In this document: positions 39,241 through 48,311 of the stretch, in pieces
Position numbering within the stretch: the first letter of the stretch is position 1
Layout of the letters: each line of letters starts with the position of its first letter
Source of the DNA: an uncultured virus (IMG/VR IMGVR_UViG_3300042400_001601)
Taxonomy: Duplodnaviria > Heunggongvirae > Uroviricota > Caudoviricetes
Direction: 5' to 3' (one strand)
Length of the DNA stretch: 64,000 nt
Virus record (IMG/VR): IMGVR_UViG_3300042400_001601
Translations under genes and position numbers: made by a program
The notes under the pieces: model-generated
Seen by the model: the letters and a program-made list of their open reading frames with translations, nothing else
Databases searched by the model: none
What the model was told of the DNA's origin: nothing

Positions 39241-41064
39241 ATGCGGTATATTCATTTTAAGAGGCTTAAAGCTACTAATTTTCTTTCTATTGGTAAGAAG
39301 CCTGTTGAAGTTGTATTCCGTCCCGGTCTTAATATTATTACCGGCCGTAATTTTGATAAAGCTGATCGAGCTAACGGAGTAGGCAAATCAACTATTGCAG
39401 ATGCAATGCATTTTGCATTGTATGGAAGCACCATAAGAGAACTAAAGAAAGAAAACATAGTAAATGATCAAGCCCCGGATAGTCTTTGTGAAGTAGAACT
39501 CGAGTTTGTTTGCATACAAGGAGAAACTAGTAACACTTATAAGATAGTAAGAACGCTCAATCCAACCAAATGTTATCTCTTTATGAACGATCAAGAAATA
39601 ACTCGTTCAGGGGTACCGCAAACTACTGAGTATATTGTTGATATAATTAAAACTTCTTCTGAAGTTTTCCAGAATAGTGTAGTAATGACTATTAACAACA
39701 CTGTACCTTTTATGGCGCAGAAAAAAGTTGAAAAGCGCAAATTCATTGAAGGCATACTCGGGCTTGAAGTGTTCGGTAATATGCTGCTTTTTGCACGTCA
39801 TGACTACAATGAAACCAAACGTAATCTAGAAGTAGAAACAACTAAATTTGAAGAGATAAATCGCTCTTTACAGGATAATATAAAACAAAAAGAACTTTAC
39901 GACGCAAACAAAGAAAAGAGACTTGAAACGCTTAAAGTACGTCAAACTAATAATAGTAATGAGCTTTTTCTGCTTAAAGAAAAATTAGATAAGTTTGAGC
40001 CGGTAGATAGTGAAGCTAAAGCAAAACTAGAAGAAGAGCTTAAAAATTTTACTAATGCTAAAAAAATATTAGCCGGAAATTTGCTAGAAACGGAAAGACT
40101 TATTACCGAGGCTAACACCCATATTAAAATTAATACCGATCGTAATAAAAAAATAAAAAAAGTAAACAGTCTATGCCCCCATTGCGGAAAAGATTTGGCC
40201 GAAGCTGTCAATACTCAATACGAAAAAGATAAAAATGATTGTATAAGAGAAATTGAAAAGTACGAAGAAGTACTAAAAACTAATACCCCTAAACACAAGG
40301 ATATTACTAGTAAAATTAGTAAATTAGAAGAAAATTTAATTAAACTGCAAAACAGGTTTAACGAGTTTGTTATACGCAAAAAAGAAATAGAAAATATAAA
40401 TTCAAGAATTACCCAGTTAGACGCATGGCAACAGCAACTATCTATAGATATAGACAATCTTAATAAGGATTCAAATAATTTTGAAAAGATTATTCTAGAT
40501 ATAACGTCCCGCATAAACGAAACCAAAACTGGTATAACCGCTTTGCAGACACGTATTGAAATAATTGAAAACGCTAAACTAATAGTTTCAGAAGAAGGAG
40601 TAAAATCCTATATAGTTAAGAAGATTATTGAAGTATTAAACACTAGATTAGGGTTCTACTTGAAAAAACTTGAAAGTAACAGTATTGTGCGTTTTAATGA
40701 GTTTTTTGAAGAAATTATTACTAACGAGCGAGGCAAAGAATGTAGCTATTTTAATTTTTCAGGAGCTGAGCGTAAGGCTATAGATCTAGCCATGCTTTTT
40801 ACTTTTCAGGATATAAGAAGAGCACAGGCTCAAGTATGTCTTAATTTATCTATGTTTGACGAGCTTTTTGACTCGTCTTTGGATGAAAAAGGTATTGAGT
40901 TAGTACTTGATATTCTTAAAGAAAGAGTAGATAACTATAATGAAGCTATTTATATTATTTCTCACCGTAAAGAAAGTAAAAAGTACTGTATAGGCGGAGA
41001 AATAATCTTCTTAGTAAAGAAAAACGGCATTACCACACGAACAACTAACTATGACTTATCCTAA
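39241..41064 (+). CDS. gp46: Recombination ATPase subunit (Rad50-like)
   Basis: NFLSIG, NGVGKS, CPHC zinc hook, FSGAE, DELFDSSLD, ISH. Confidence 0.95.
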   Translation: MRYIHFKRLKATNFLSIGKKPVEVVFRPGLNIITGRNFDKADRANGVGKSTIADAMHFALYGSTIRELKKENIVNDQAPDSLCEVELEFVCIQGETSNTYKIVRTLNPTKCYLFMNDQEITRSGVPQTTEYIVDIIKTSSEVFQNSVVMTINNTVPFMAQKKVEKRKFIEGILGLEVFGNMLLFARHDYNETKRNLEVETTKFEEINRSLQDNIKQKELYDANKEKRLETLKVRQTNNSNELFLLKEKLDKFEPVDSEAKAKLEEELKNFTNAKKILAGNLLETERLITEANTHIKINTDRNKKIKKVNSLCPHCGKDLAEAVNTQYEKDKNDCIREIEKYEEVLKTNTPKHKDITSKISKLEENLIKLQNRFNEFVIRKKEIENINSRITQLDAWQQQLSIDIDNLNKDSNNFEKIILDITSRINETKTGITALQTRIEIIENAKLIVSEEGVKSYIVKKIIEVLNTRLGFYLKKLESNSIVRFNEFFEEIITNERGKECSYFNFSGAERKAIDLAMLFTFQDIRRAQAQVCLNLSMFDELFDSSLDEKGIELVLDILKERVDNYNEAIYIISHRKESKKYCIGGEIIFLVKKNGITTRTTNYDLS

Positions 41065-42226
41065 TTTCGGCAATGTATTTGGAGCTCCGCAACTACCATT
41101 TGGCGTACCAGCTGTCGGTAACCCTATGGTCAACGCAGCACCTCAACAGGTTATGCAACACGGTGGGATGCCTAACGGCTTAGATCGAGCTATTAGTTTT
41201 GCTGCCGACCATCAAGGTTGCGGGTTCTGGAGAATGCATTGGCCGGAATTACTAATTAACGGGCAGCAACTTGGAATTATTAACAATAATAATTTCATGA
41301 TTTTGCAAGAGAACTTTTATGGTGGTATTAAGAGCGTACGTGTTCAAAGACAGGTAACCCCTACTCAGCTGCAATTTGTAAAGTTTTTAAGAGAGCTTTC
41401 TAATAAAACTAACAAATTTAAAATTTATTACGAAATTGATGATGTTATTTTTCCAGAAGATATTCCTGTGTATAACAAGGCTCGAGAGGCATTTGTAGAC
41501 CCAGTTATAGGGGCTACAGCTATAGAAATAATGAAACATTGCGATATGATTACTACCCCGACTGCCTACATGTCTCAGTATTATCAAAAAAGAAGCGGGG
41601 TACCTGCAATAGTACTACCTAATTATATACCTAAGTTTTGGCTAGATAGATTTTATACAAAATCTAAAATAGTTGAAAATTTTGATAGAAATAGAAAGCG
41701 GCCACGGGTAGGTTATGTCGGTAGCCCTACTCATTTCAATATTGCAAAATTACCCGGGGTTCAAGATGACTTTAAAGGTATTGTAGAAGTTATTATTAAA
41801 ACAGTAAAAAACTTTAAATGGGTGTTGATGGGGGGTCTCCCACAAGAACTTGAACACTATGTGCGTACCGGAGAAATTGAATACCAGCCCTGGGCTCGTA
41901 TTTTTGATTACCCTTCAGTCTATGATAGTTTGAATCTTAATGTAGCTATTGCACCTATTCAAAATAATCCTTTTAATCTGGCAAAAGCTAATATTAAATA
42001 CATTGAAGCAGGGGCGTTAGGTATCCCGTGTGTATGTCAAGATCTCGAGCCGTATAAAATTGCTCCTTTGCGTTTTAACACAGGGGATGAAATGATTGAT
42101 AAAATTAAAAAATTGACTTCTGATAGAAAAACTTACCTCACCGAATCTGATAATGCCCGCAAAGTTGCATGTAAATACTGGCTGGAAGATCATATTGATG
42201 AGTACGTAAAGCTATATTTTACTTGA
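41051..42226 (+). CDS. GT-B fold glycosyltransferase
   Basis: GCGFWR, YEIDD, VGSPTH, IAPIQNNPFN.AK.NIKYIE. Confidence 0.8.
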   Translation: MTYPNFGNVFGAPQLPFGVPAVGNPMVNAAPQQVMQHGGMPNGLDRAISFAADHQGCGFWRMHWPELLINGQQLGIINNNNFMILQENFYGGIKSVRVQRQVTPTQLQFVKFLRELSNKTNKFKIYYEIDDVIFPEDIPVYNKAREAFVDPVIGATAIEIMKHCDMITTPTAYMSQYYQKRSGVPAIVLPNYIPKFWLDRFYTKSKIVENFDRNRKRPRVGYVGSPTHFNIAKLPGVQDDFKGIVEVIIKTVKNFKWVLMGGLPQELEHYVRTGEIEYQPWARIFDYPSVYDSLNLNVAIAPIQNNPFNLAKANIKYIEAGALGIPCVCQDLEPYKIAPLRFNTGDEMIDKIKKLTSDRKTYLTESDNARKVACKYWLEDHIDEYVKLYFT

Positions 42227-42236
42227 ACTTTATGTA

Positions 42237-42258
42237 AGGTCATACGACAATATGACCT
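42237..42258 (+). promoter_or_regulatory. Perfect 8-bp inverted repeat abutting the polymerase start (candidate operator)
   Basis: AGGTCATA-cgacaa-TATGACCT then ATG at 42259; overlaps the -10 of TTGAAC-N17-GACAAT. Confidence 0.55.
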
Positions 42259-44823
42259 ATGTACCGTAACGTTTATTATAGCTCTCGAGACGGGTTGATC
42301 CATCTCTTTACTTGGAATGATAAAGGAGAGCGAGTTATCAAGAAGATGGCATTTCAGCCGTATTTTTACGTTGAGACGAATTCTGATAACGTAGACGCTG
42401 TATCTATCTTTAATACTAAACTAAAGAAAAAGGTTTTTCGCAATAGTTTTGATCGTAATAAAGCTGCGCAAGATGGAGCTATCAAGCGGCTTTACCATAA
42501 TATTCAAGTAGAGCAGCAATTTTTAATAGATCAATTTAGTGAACAATACGATAAACCCGAATTTACTGCTAACCCTATTAAGGTGTGTTTTCTGGATATC
42601 GAAGTATTCAGCCCTGATGAATTTCCGGAAGCTAAAGATGCAAAGCACCCTATCAATCTAATTACCATCTATGATAATTTATCTAAAACGTTTTACACAT
42701 GGGGAACTAAGCCGTATACCTCTAAGCGTCAAAATGTAGTATATACAGAATGCTCGAGCGAAGCCGATCTTCTAGAAAAGTTTTTAGAGTTTTGGGAGAA
42801 TGGGTATTACCCGGACATTCTATCAGGGTGGAATACGGACTTTTTCGATTTTCCGTATTTAATTAACCGTATTACTAACTTACTCGGGGAAGATGCCGCA
42901 AAGCGGTTATCCCCGCTTAAGAGTCTGTGGTGCCGGAAAGGTATTTTTGTAAAGGGTCAAGAACTAGACCGCTGGTATATTCATGGCCTTGCAGCTATGG
43001 ACTATCTTGAAGTCTACAAAGGTTTCGCTCGCGGGTTGCTTGAGTCATATGCTCTCAACTTTGTTGCGCAGCACGAGCTAGGAGAAGGTAAGTTGGCTAT
43101 TAACGCAACTAATCTAGCTACTCTTTCAGAGTCTGATTGGAATAATTTTGTAGATTATAACATTCAAGACGTTGACCTACTTGTGCGTATGGAGAACAAG
43201 CTTCAATTCTTTAAGATTATACGTATGTTAGCGTATAAGGGATTAACTAATTTCGAAAGCGCGCTTGGTAAAGTCTCTATTGTAACTGGCTGCGTCTCCC
43301 TAGAAGCCCGTAAACATGGTATGGTTATACCTACGTTTGTAGAAGGGCCCACAAGAGAAGCTATTGAAGGAGGTTATGTAAGAGATCCTGAACGAGGTCT
43401 TAAGACTGCTGTAGTTAGCTACGATGCTAACTCACTATATCCTAATACTATCATTACTCTTAATATCTCCCCCGAAACTAAGGTAGGTAAAATTGTTAGT
43501 AGAGATAATGAAAATACCAACATACTTTTAACGAGTGGTAAAGAGTATAAATTACCTAATGCTAAGTTTGAACAATTTGTAGCTTTGGAAAAACTGGCTA
43601 TTTCTAAGGCTAATGTGTTATACACTCAAAAGAAGAAAGGAGTTGTGCCTTCTCTTATTGACGGGCTATATGCAGAACGAGTTGCTAACAAAAATCAGTA
43701 CGTAGAGTATAAGAAAAAACTCAGTAAGTTAATTCCAGATACTGATGATTATAGAGCGTGTAAGACTTTTATGGAAAGAGCGGATACTATTCAATACGTT
43801 ATCAAAATTTTGCTTAATTCTATTTATGGTGTTTTTGCTAATAAATTTTCTCCTATTTGCGATAGTGATCATGCTGGGAGTATTACTCTCACGGGGCAAT
43901 CTGTGGTTAAACAAGCAAGTGTTATCCTGGATGAATATGCTAAAACAAGACATAGTATTGGGACTTCTCTTACTATTTACGGGGATACTGACAGTACTCA
44001 CATTACTATACAGCCTATACTCGATAAGTTAAAATTAAAAATATTTCAGAATAATAAAGTTACGCCTGAAGGGTTAGATCTTATTGATAAAGATATGGGG
44101 ACATATCTTAATGATGAGATTAAAAAGTGGTCTGCTTCAGAGTTCAAATCAGTCGATCCTCGTTATTTCTTTAAACGAGAATCAATTTGTGATGTAGGGG
44201 TGTACCTAGAAAAGAAGCGCTATATTATTCACGTACTCAATGATGAAGGGGCAGACGTAAATAAGTTTAAATACGTAGGTGTCGAGATTGCTCGTTCTAC
44301 CACACCTAAAAAAGCTAAAGAACTTATTAAGAAAGTAATTGAAACGTCCCTAGTAATGCAGGACCAGATTAATGCTAATAACCTTTACAAGCAAACCTAC
44401 GAAAGCTTTAAGAAATTACAAATTGATGATATAGCTATTAGAGGGGGGTTAAGTGATTTAGAAAAGTATGAGAGTAAATGTGAGTACCCTTTTAAAATTG
44501 CTAAAGGCACTCCTAATCACGTAAAAGGTGCAATTTACTTTAATCACCTACTTAGAAAGATGGGTTTAGATACAAAATACGAAAAAATTACTTCAGGGGG
44601 TAAGGTTAAAAAGATTTACGTTGCTCCTAATCGTTACCAAATCGATACGCTTTGCTATACCGCAACCTACCCAGTAGAATTTACTGAGTTTCAGGTAGAT
44701 TATATTGAAATGTTTGATACACTTATTAAACCGCCTATCTTAGCAGTTTATGAGGCTATTGGTTGGCGACTGCCCGATGTTGTTAATGAATCTGAAACCG
44801 ATCTTTTTTCTTTATTCTCATGA
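42259..44823 (+). CDS. gp43: Family B DNA polymerase
   Basis: LDIEV, GWN...FDFPY, YNIQD, DANSLYP, KILLNSIYG, YGDTDS; uninterrupted. Confidence 0.97.
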   Translation: MYRNVYYSSRDGLIHLFTWNDKGERVIKKMAFQPYFYVETNSDNVDAVSIFNTKLKKKVFRNSFDRNKAAQDGAIKRLYHNIQVEQQFLIDQFSEQYDKPEFTANPIKVCFLDIEVFSPDEFPEAKDAKHPINLITIYDNLSKTFYTWGTKPYTSKRQNVVYTECSSEADLLEKFLEFWENGYYPDILSGWNTDFFDFPYLINRITNLLGEDAAKRLSPLKSLWCRKGIFVKGQELDRWYIHGLAAMDYLEVYKGFARGLLESYALNFVAQHELGEGKLAINATNLATLSESDWNNFVDYNIQDVDLLVRMENKLQFFKIIRMLAYKGLTNFESALGKVSIVTGCVSLEARKHGMVIPTFVEGPTREAIEGGYVRDPERGLKTAVVSYDANSLYPNTIITLNISPETKVGKIVSRDNENTNILLTSGKEYKLPNAKFEQFVALEKLAISKANVLYTQKKKGVVPSLIDGLYAERVANKNQYVEYKKKLSKLIPDTDDYRACKTFMERADTIQYVIKILLNSIYGVFANKFSPICDSDHAGSITLTGQSVVKQASVILDEYAKTRHSIGTSLTIYGDTDSTHITIQPILDKLKLKIFQNNKVTPEGLDLIDKDMGTYLNDEIKKWSASEFKSVDPRYFFKRESICDVGVYLEKKRYIIHVLNDEGADVNKFKYVGVEIARSTTPKKAKELIKKVIETSLVMQDQINANNLYKQTYESFKKLQIDDIAIRGGLSDLEKYESKCEYPFKIAKGTPNHVKGAIYFNHLLRKMGLDTKYEKITSGGKVKKIYVAPNRYQIDTLCYTATYPVEFTEFQVDYIEMFDTLIKPPILAVYEAIGWRLPDVVNESETDLFSLFS

Positions 44824-45629
44824 TTAAAATCTCACACGAATCCCCTCTTAGTATGCTTGAGATCTCTCGGACATACAACGATTATGACTATGCTCTGGTA
44901 CATCTTTTCGAGACTAACCCTGAGTATTTTTCTTTTTTTAAAGAAAGTTTAAAGTTAAACCGAACTGTTCTTCTAGATAATTCTATTTTTGAACTCGGTG
45001 TTGCTTTCGAAACAAAAAAATATATTAATTGGATTAATAATTTGGAGCCTACAGAGTATATTATACCCGACGTACTTGAAAATTGCGATAAAACCATTCA
45101 AGAAGCAAAATACTGGATGGGTGGTGCAATTTTTTCTTGTTATAGTGATTCTGTACCGATCGGAGTTATACAAGGTAAGACCTATGCAGAATTTGTTAAA
45201 TGCTACACTGCTTTAGATTATTTAGGGGTAGAGAAACTAGCTATTTCCTTTGATTATAGTTACTATTTAACGGTTTTTCCGCATCCTAATAAATGGGTAA
45301 GTTATGCCATGGGAAGAGTGATGACTCTAAAAAGACTTTTGGACGATGGTGTCATTAATACCAAGAAGCCACACCACCTACTTGGCTGCGCACATCCTCG
45401 CGAATATAGTTTTTATAACGATCCCTCTTTTAATTGGATCAAGACTTTAGATACTTCATCTCCTATTGTACACGGTATTAAGAAAGTAGGTTATGGAGAT
45501 CTTTTTGCAAACTGGACAAAAGAAAAAACTAAACTCGTCGACCTACTAGATTGTGTTCCCGATGAAGAGCAAGAACAATGGATAGCAGAAAATATAAGAG
45601 ACTTTAGAAAGTTTGTCCATAATGGATAA
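44820..45629 (+). CDS. dpdA: TGT-fold guanine transglycosylase-like protein (DpdA-like)
   Basis: LDNSIFE, PDVL, GVIQG, HLLG, LDTSSP mirror TGT motifs; context of que genes. Confidence 0.65.
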   Translation: MIKISHESPLSMLEISRTYNDYDYALVHLFETNPEYFSFFKESLKLNRTVLLDNSIFELGVAFETKKYINWINNLEPTEYIIPDVLENCDKTIQEAKYWMGGAIFSCYSDSVPIGVIQGKTYAEFVKCYTALDYLGVEKLAISFDYSYYLTVFPHPNKWVSYAMGRVMTLKRLLDDGVINTKKPHHLLGCAHPREYSFYNDPSFNWIKTLDTSSPIVHGIKKVGYGDLFANWTKEKTKLVDLLDCVPDEEQEQWIAENIRDFRKFVHNG

Positions 45630-45855
45630 GACGATTGAAACTTTAACTGAAATTGTACGAATTAATTATCCACATTTATTAGACGGAGATACAAAAATAA
45701 TCGACTATTGCTTTTGGAACGCAACAAGCAATAAAGAATTACCCGTCAAAAAACTAGAAAATGTTAAATCCTATAAACTTACCCATGACAATTTTGATTT
45801 AGTGCTTGTAATTTTTTTCAGTGATAATACAATAGGTTTTAGATTAAAAATATGA
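45613..45855 (+). CDS. Hypothetical protein
   Basis: 80 aa ORF overlapping both neighbours. Confidence 0.6.
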   Translation: MSIMDKTIETLTEIVRINYPHLLDGDTKIIDYCFWNATSNKELPVKKLENVKSYKLTHDNFDLVLVIFFSDNTIGFRLKI

Positions 45856-46445
45856 AAAAAGACTTTTACTGGAAAGCGCTTTTTTCTCAAAGCGGGTCTG
45901 AGATACTAGAGGTTTCAACTCGAGTTGGGCGCTTCCCGAATGCAATTATTACTAACAAGCCTTTAGAAGATATGGATCGTATTAATCCTAGACTTCTAGA
46001 GTTAGCTTTTGATCGGTTTATTTTTATTTCTCAAAAGCCATCGATAGAGGAATACAAAGAATCTATTAGACGGGCTGATATGGTAACATTACACGGTTTT
46101 TTACGTATTTTACCTTCTCAAATTTGTGGCCGTTATAGGATTTTTAATGGTCACCCAGGCCTTATTACTAAGTTTCCTGCGCTTAAAGGTAAAGATCCTC
46201 AGAAAAAAGTTTGGGATAACTATGCAAATACACCATACAAGCTTCATGGACATGTTATACATGAAGTTATACCTGAAGTAGATGCTGGTAAGGTTGTTTC
46301 TGAAAAACAGTTTTATAGCGAAAACATCTATACCGATTTTAATAATATCGATTCTTATATTGCTAAGCTGCACAGTCTGGCAATTGAAAATTGGGTTGAG
46401 TTTATTAAAAAACGTATTATACTAAATAATTCTTATGCGAAATAA
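45852..46445 (+). CDS. PurN-like formyltransferase (candidate DpdN, preQ1 formyltransferase)
   Basis: LFSQSGS, GFLRIL, NGHPGL, LKG, HEV..EVDAG. Confidence 0.8.
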   Translation: MKKDFYWKALFSQSGSEILEVSTRVGRFPNAIITNKPLEDMDRINPRLLELAFDRFIFISQKPSIEEYKESIRRADMVTLHGFLRILPSQICGRYRIFNGHPGLITKFPALKGKDPQKKVWDNYANTPYKLHGHVIHEVIPEVDAGKVVSEKQFYSENIYTDFNNIDSYIAKLHSLAIENWVEFIKKRIILNNSYAK

Positions 46446-47004
46446 TTACAAAGCATGTATTTGTGGTGCGCATTCTCAAGGTAAAACTACATTAGTTAAT
46501 GCTCTTAAAAAAGAAACTTTTTTAACGAGTGAATGTCATTTTTCCTTTCGTACCAATCTTACAAGGGGTTTGAAAGACTTAAACATACCTATTAATGAGA
46601 ACGGCACGTCTTTGACACAATACTTAGTCATGGCAAGGCATTTAGAATATGCTACTGCTCCAGGTAATTGGATTTTAGATCGCGGAGCTTTAGATGGCAT
46701 TGCTTATACGGGGTATTTTTACGAAAAAGAACAAGTAAAAAAGGAAGTATATGAAGCTGCTGTAGAAATATATAGAGATGTAATTAAGTTGTATGACAAG
46801 ATTTTTTATATTGTACCTGAGTTAAATCTAGAAGATGATGGGGTACGTAGTACAAATAAAGAGTTTTTTGAAAGCGTGGTTAAGCAGTTTGAGTTCTACG
46901 TTAAGCATAACTCTATGCCTTCTGACAAATTTAAATTCGTTATGGGCTCTAAACAAGAGCGAGTAGAAACTGTAATTAATGAAATTAAAAAAGACTTTCA
47001 ATGA
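46435..47004 (+). CDS. P-loop nucleotide kinase-like (AAA_28-type)
   Basis: GAHSQGKTT, LDRGALDGIAY, EDDGVR. Confidence 0.8.
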   Translation: MRNNYKACICGAHSQGKTTLVNALKKETFLTSECHFSFRTNLTRGLKDLNIPINENGTSLTQYLVMARHLEYATAPGNWILDRGALDGIAYTGYFYEKEQVKKEVYEAAVEIYRDVIKLYDKIFYIVPELNLEDDGVRSTNKEFFESVVKQFEFYVKHNSMPSDKFKFVMGSKQERVETVINEIKKDFQ

Positions 47005-47927
47005 ATACTAATAATATCGATAAAGTACTCGGTCAAAGAGTAGATTCTCCTACTACCTATACGCCCGATATTCTCGTACGAGAAGAGCGTCAACGTAACC
47101 GTACATATCTTAATATCCAGAATCAAAACCTGCCATTCGTGGGTTATGATATATGGAATGGTTATGAGTGTAGTGCAATGACTGAAAACGGATTGCCTGT
47201 CGCGTGCGTAGCTAAAGTTGTTTATACTGCAACTAATCCTTATATCGTCGAATCTAAGTCAATGAAGCTATATTGGAACGGTTTTAACATGCAGCCTATG
47301 GGTAAAACTGTAAAGGAAGTTCTTAAAAATATTAAGACTACTGCAGAAAAAGATCTTAGCGCTCTTCTAGAGACTGACGTAAAAGTCCAGTTGTTCTCTC
47401 AAGTACTCAACGATAATATTACTGAAGATTACGTATCATCTAGAGCTCGCTGGGAAATTAAATATACCAACGACTGTTGGGGTACTCTTGAAACTCTGCC
47501 CGGCGCGGATAAAATTAAGTTTGAGGTTTTTAACGAAGATTCTAACTTACTTGAAGTTTACTCTGAGGAAAAAGAAGGGTTCGATTATTTTAGAAGCTCC
47601 TTACTTCGCTCTAATTGCAAGATTACTAAGCAGCCTGACTCAGGAGACATTTATATCTATTATAAGGGTAATTACAAGATAACCCCTTACTCTCTTCTTA
47701 AGTGGATCGTTTCATTTCGGAATGAATGTCACTTTCACGAAGAAATTTGTGAAGCAGCGTATAAGCGTCTCTGGGATGTATTGCACCCTAAGGAACTTCT
47801 TGTAACTTGTTTCTATGCCCGGCGTGGTGGTTGGGATATTGTACCGACTCGTGCTAATAAAAAGAGTCTGCTTGATAAAGACCTTATTAACCCCAAGTCT
47901 CCTTATTTTAAGTTCCCTCGTCAATAA
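47001..47927 (+). CDS. queF: NADPH-dependent preQ0 reductase (bimodular QueF)
   Basis: VESKSMKLYWN, SNCKITKQPD, FHEE, YARRGG. Confidence 0.93.
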   Translation: MNTNNIDKVLGQRVDSPTTYTPDILVREERQRNRTYLNIQNQNLPFVGYDIWNGYECSAMTENGLPVACVAKVVYTATNPYIVESKSMKLYWNGFNMQPMGKTVKEVLKNIKTTAEKDLSALLETDVKVQLFSQVLNDNITEDYVSSRARWEIKYTNDCWGTLETLPGADKIKFEVFNEDSNLLEVYSEEKEGFDYFRSSLLRSNCKITKQPDSGDIYIYYKGNYKITPYSLLKWIVSFRNECHFHEEICEAAYKRLWDVLHPKELLVTCFYARRGGWDIVPTRANKKSLLDKDLINPKSPYFKFPRQ

Positions 47928-47962
47928 CTTGATATTAACTAAAAACACTATAATATAACTAT

Positions 47963-48310
47963 ATGGACAATAAAATCATTGTATTTCTTGATAATATTCA
48001 GCGTACTATCGTAGCCACGCTTGTATCTGATAATGGTACTAGTATTACCGTTACTAAGCCTGCTATTCTTAATGTGAGCCCTACCCCTGAAAAGAAGCTC
48101 CAGGTGCAGCTGTATCCAGTTATCTTTAGAGAGTTTCTGAAGGATAGAGATGTTTTTCCTACCTGGACTTACAGCAAGACTGCGGTTACTACAACCGACA
48201 GCCTAGATCTCGAGCCTAACTTGATTCTTCAGTATAATGAGATGTTTAAGGTAGTTAAGAACGAGCCTGCTCCTACTATCAAGCTGTTCGACGCAGACGA
48301 GAACAACTAA
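47963..48310 (+). CDS. Hypothetical protein
   Basis: 115 aa upstream of uvsX; TATAAT at 47949-47954. Confidence 0.7.
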   Translation: MDNKIIVFLDNIQRTIVATLVSDNGTSITVTKPAILNVSPTPEKKLQVQLYPVIFREFLKDRDVFPTWTYSKTAVTTTDSLDLEPNLILQYNEMFKVVKNEPAPTIKLFDADENN

Positions 48311-48311
48311 T

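Noticed and set aside
42259..44823. Introns/inteins in polymerase (also nrdB, helicase, uvsX)
   Set aside because: ORFs are uninterrupted, of normal length, with no evident splice motifs
45852..46445. purN as a purine-biosynthesis auxiliary gene
   Set aside because: No other pur genes in the window; it is embedded between dpdA-like and queF, favouring base modification (not proven)
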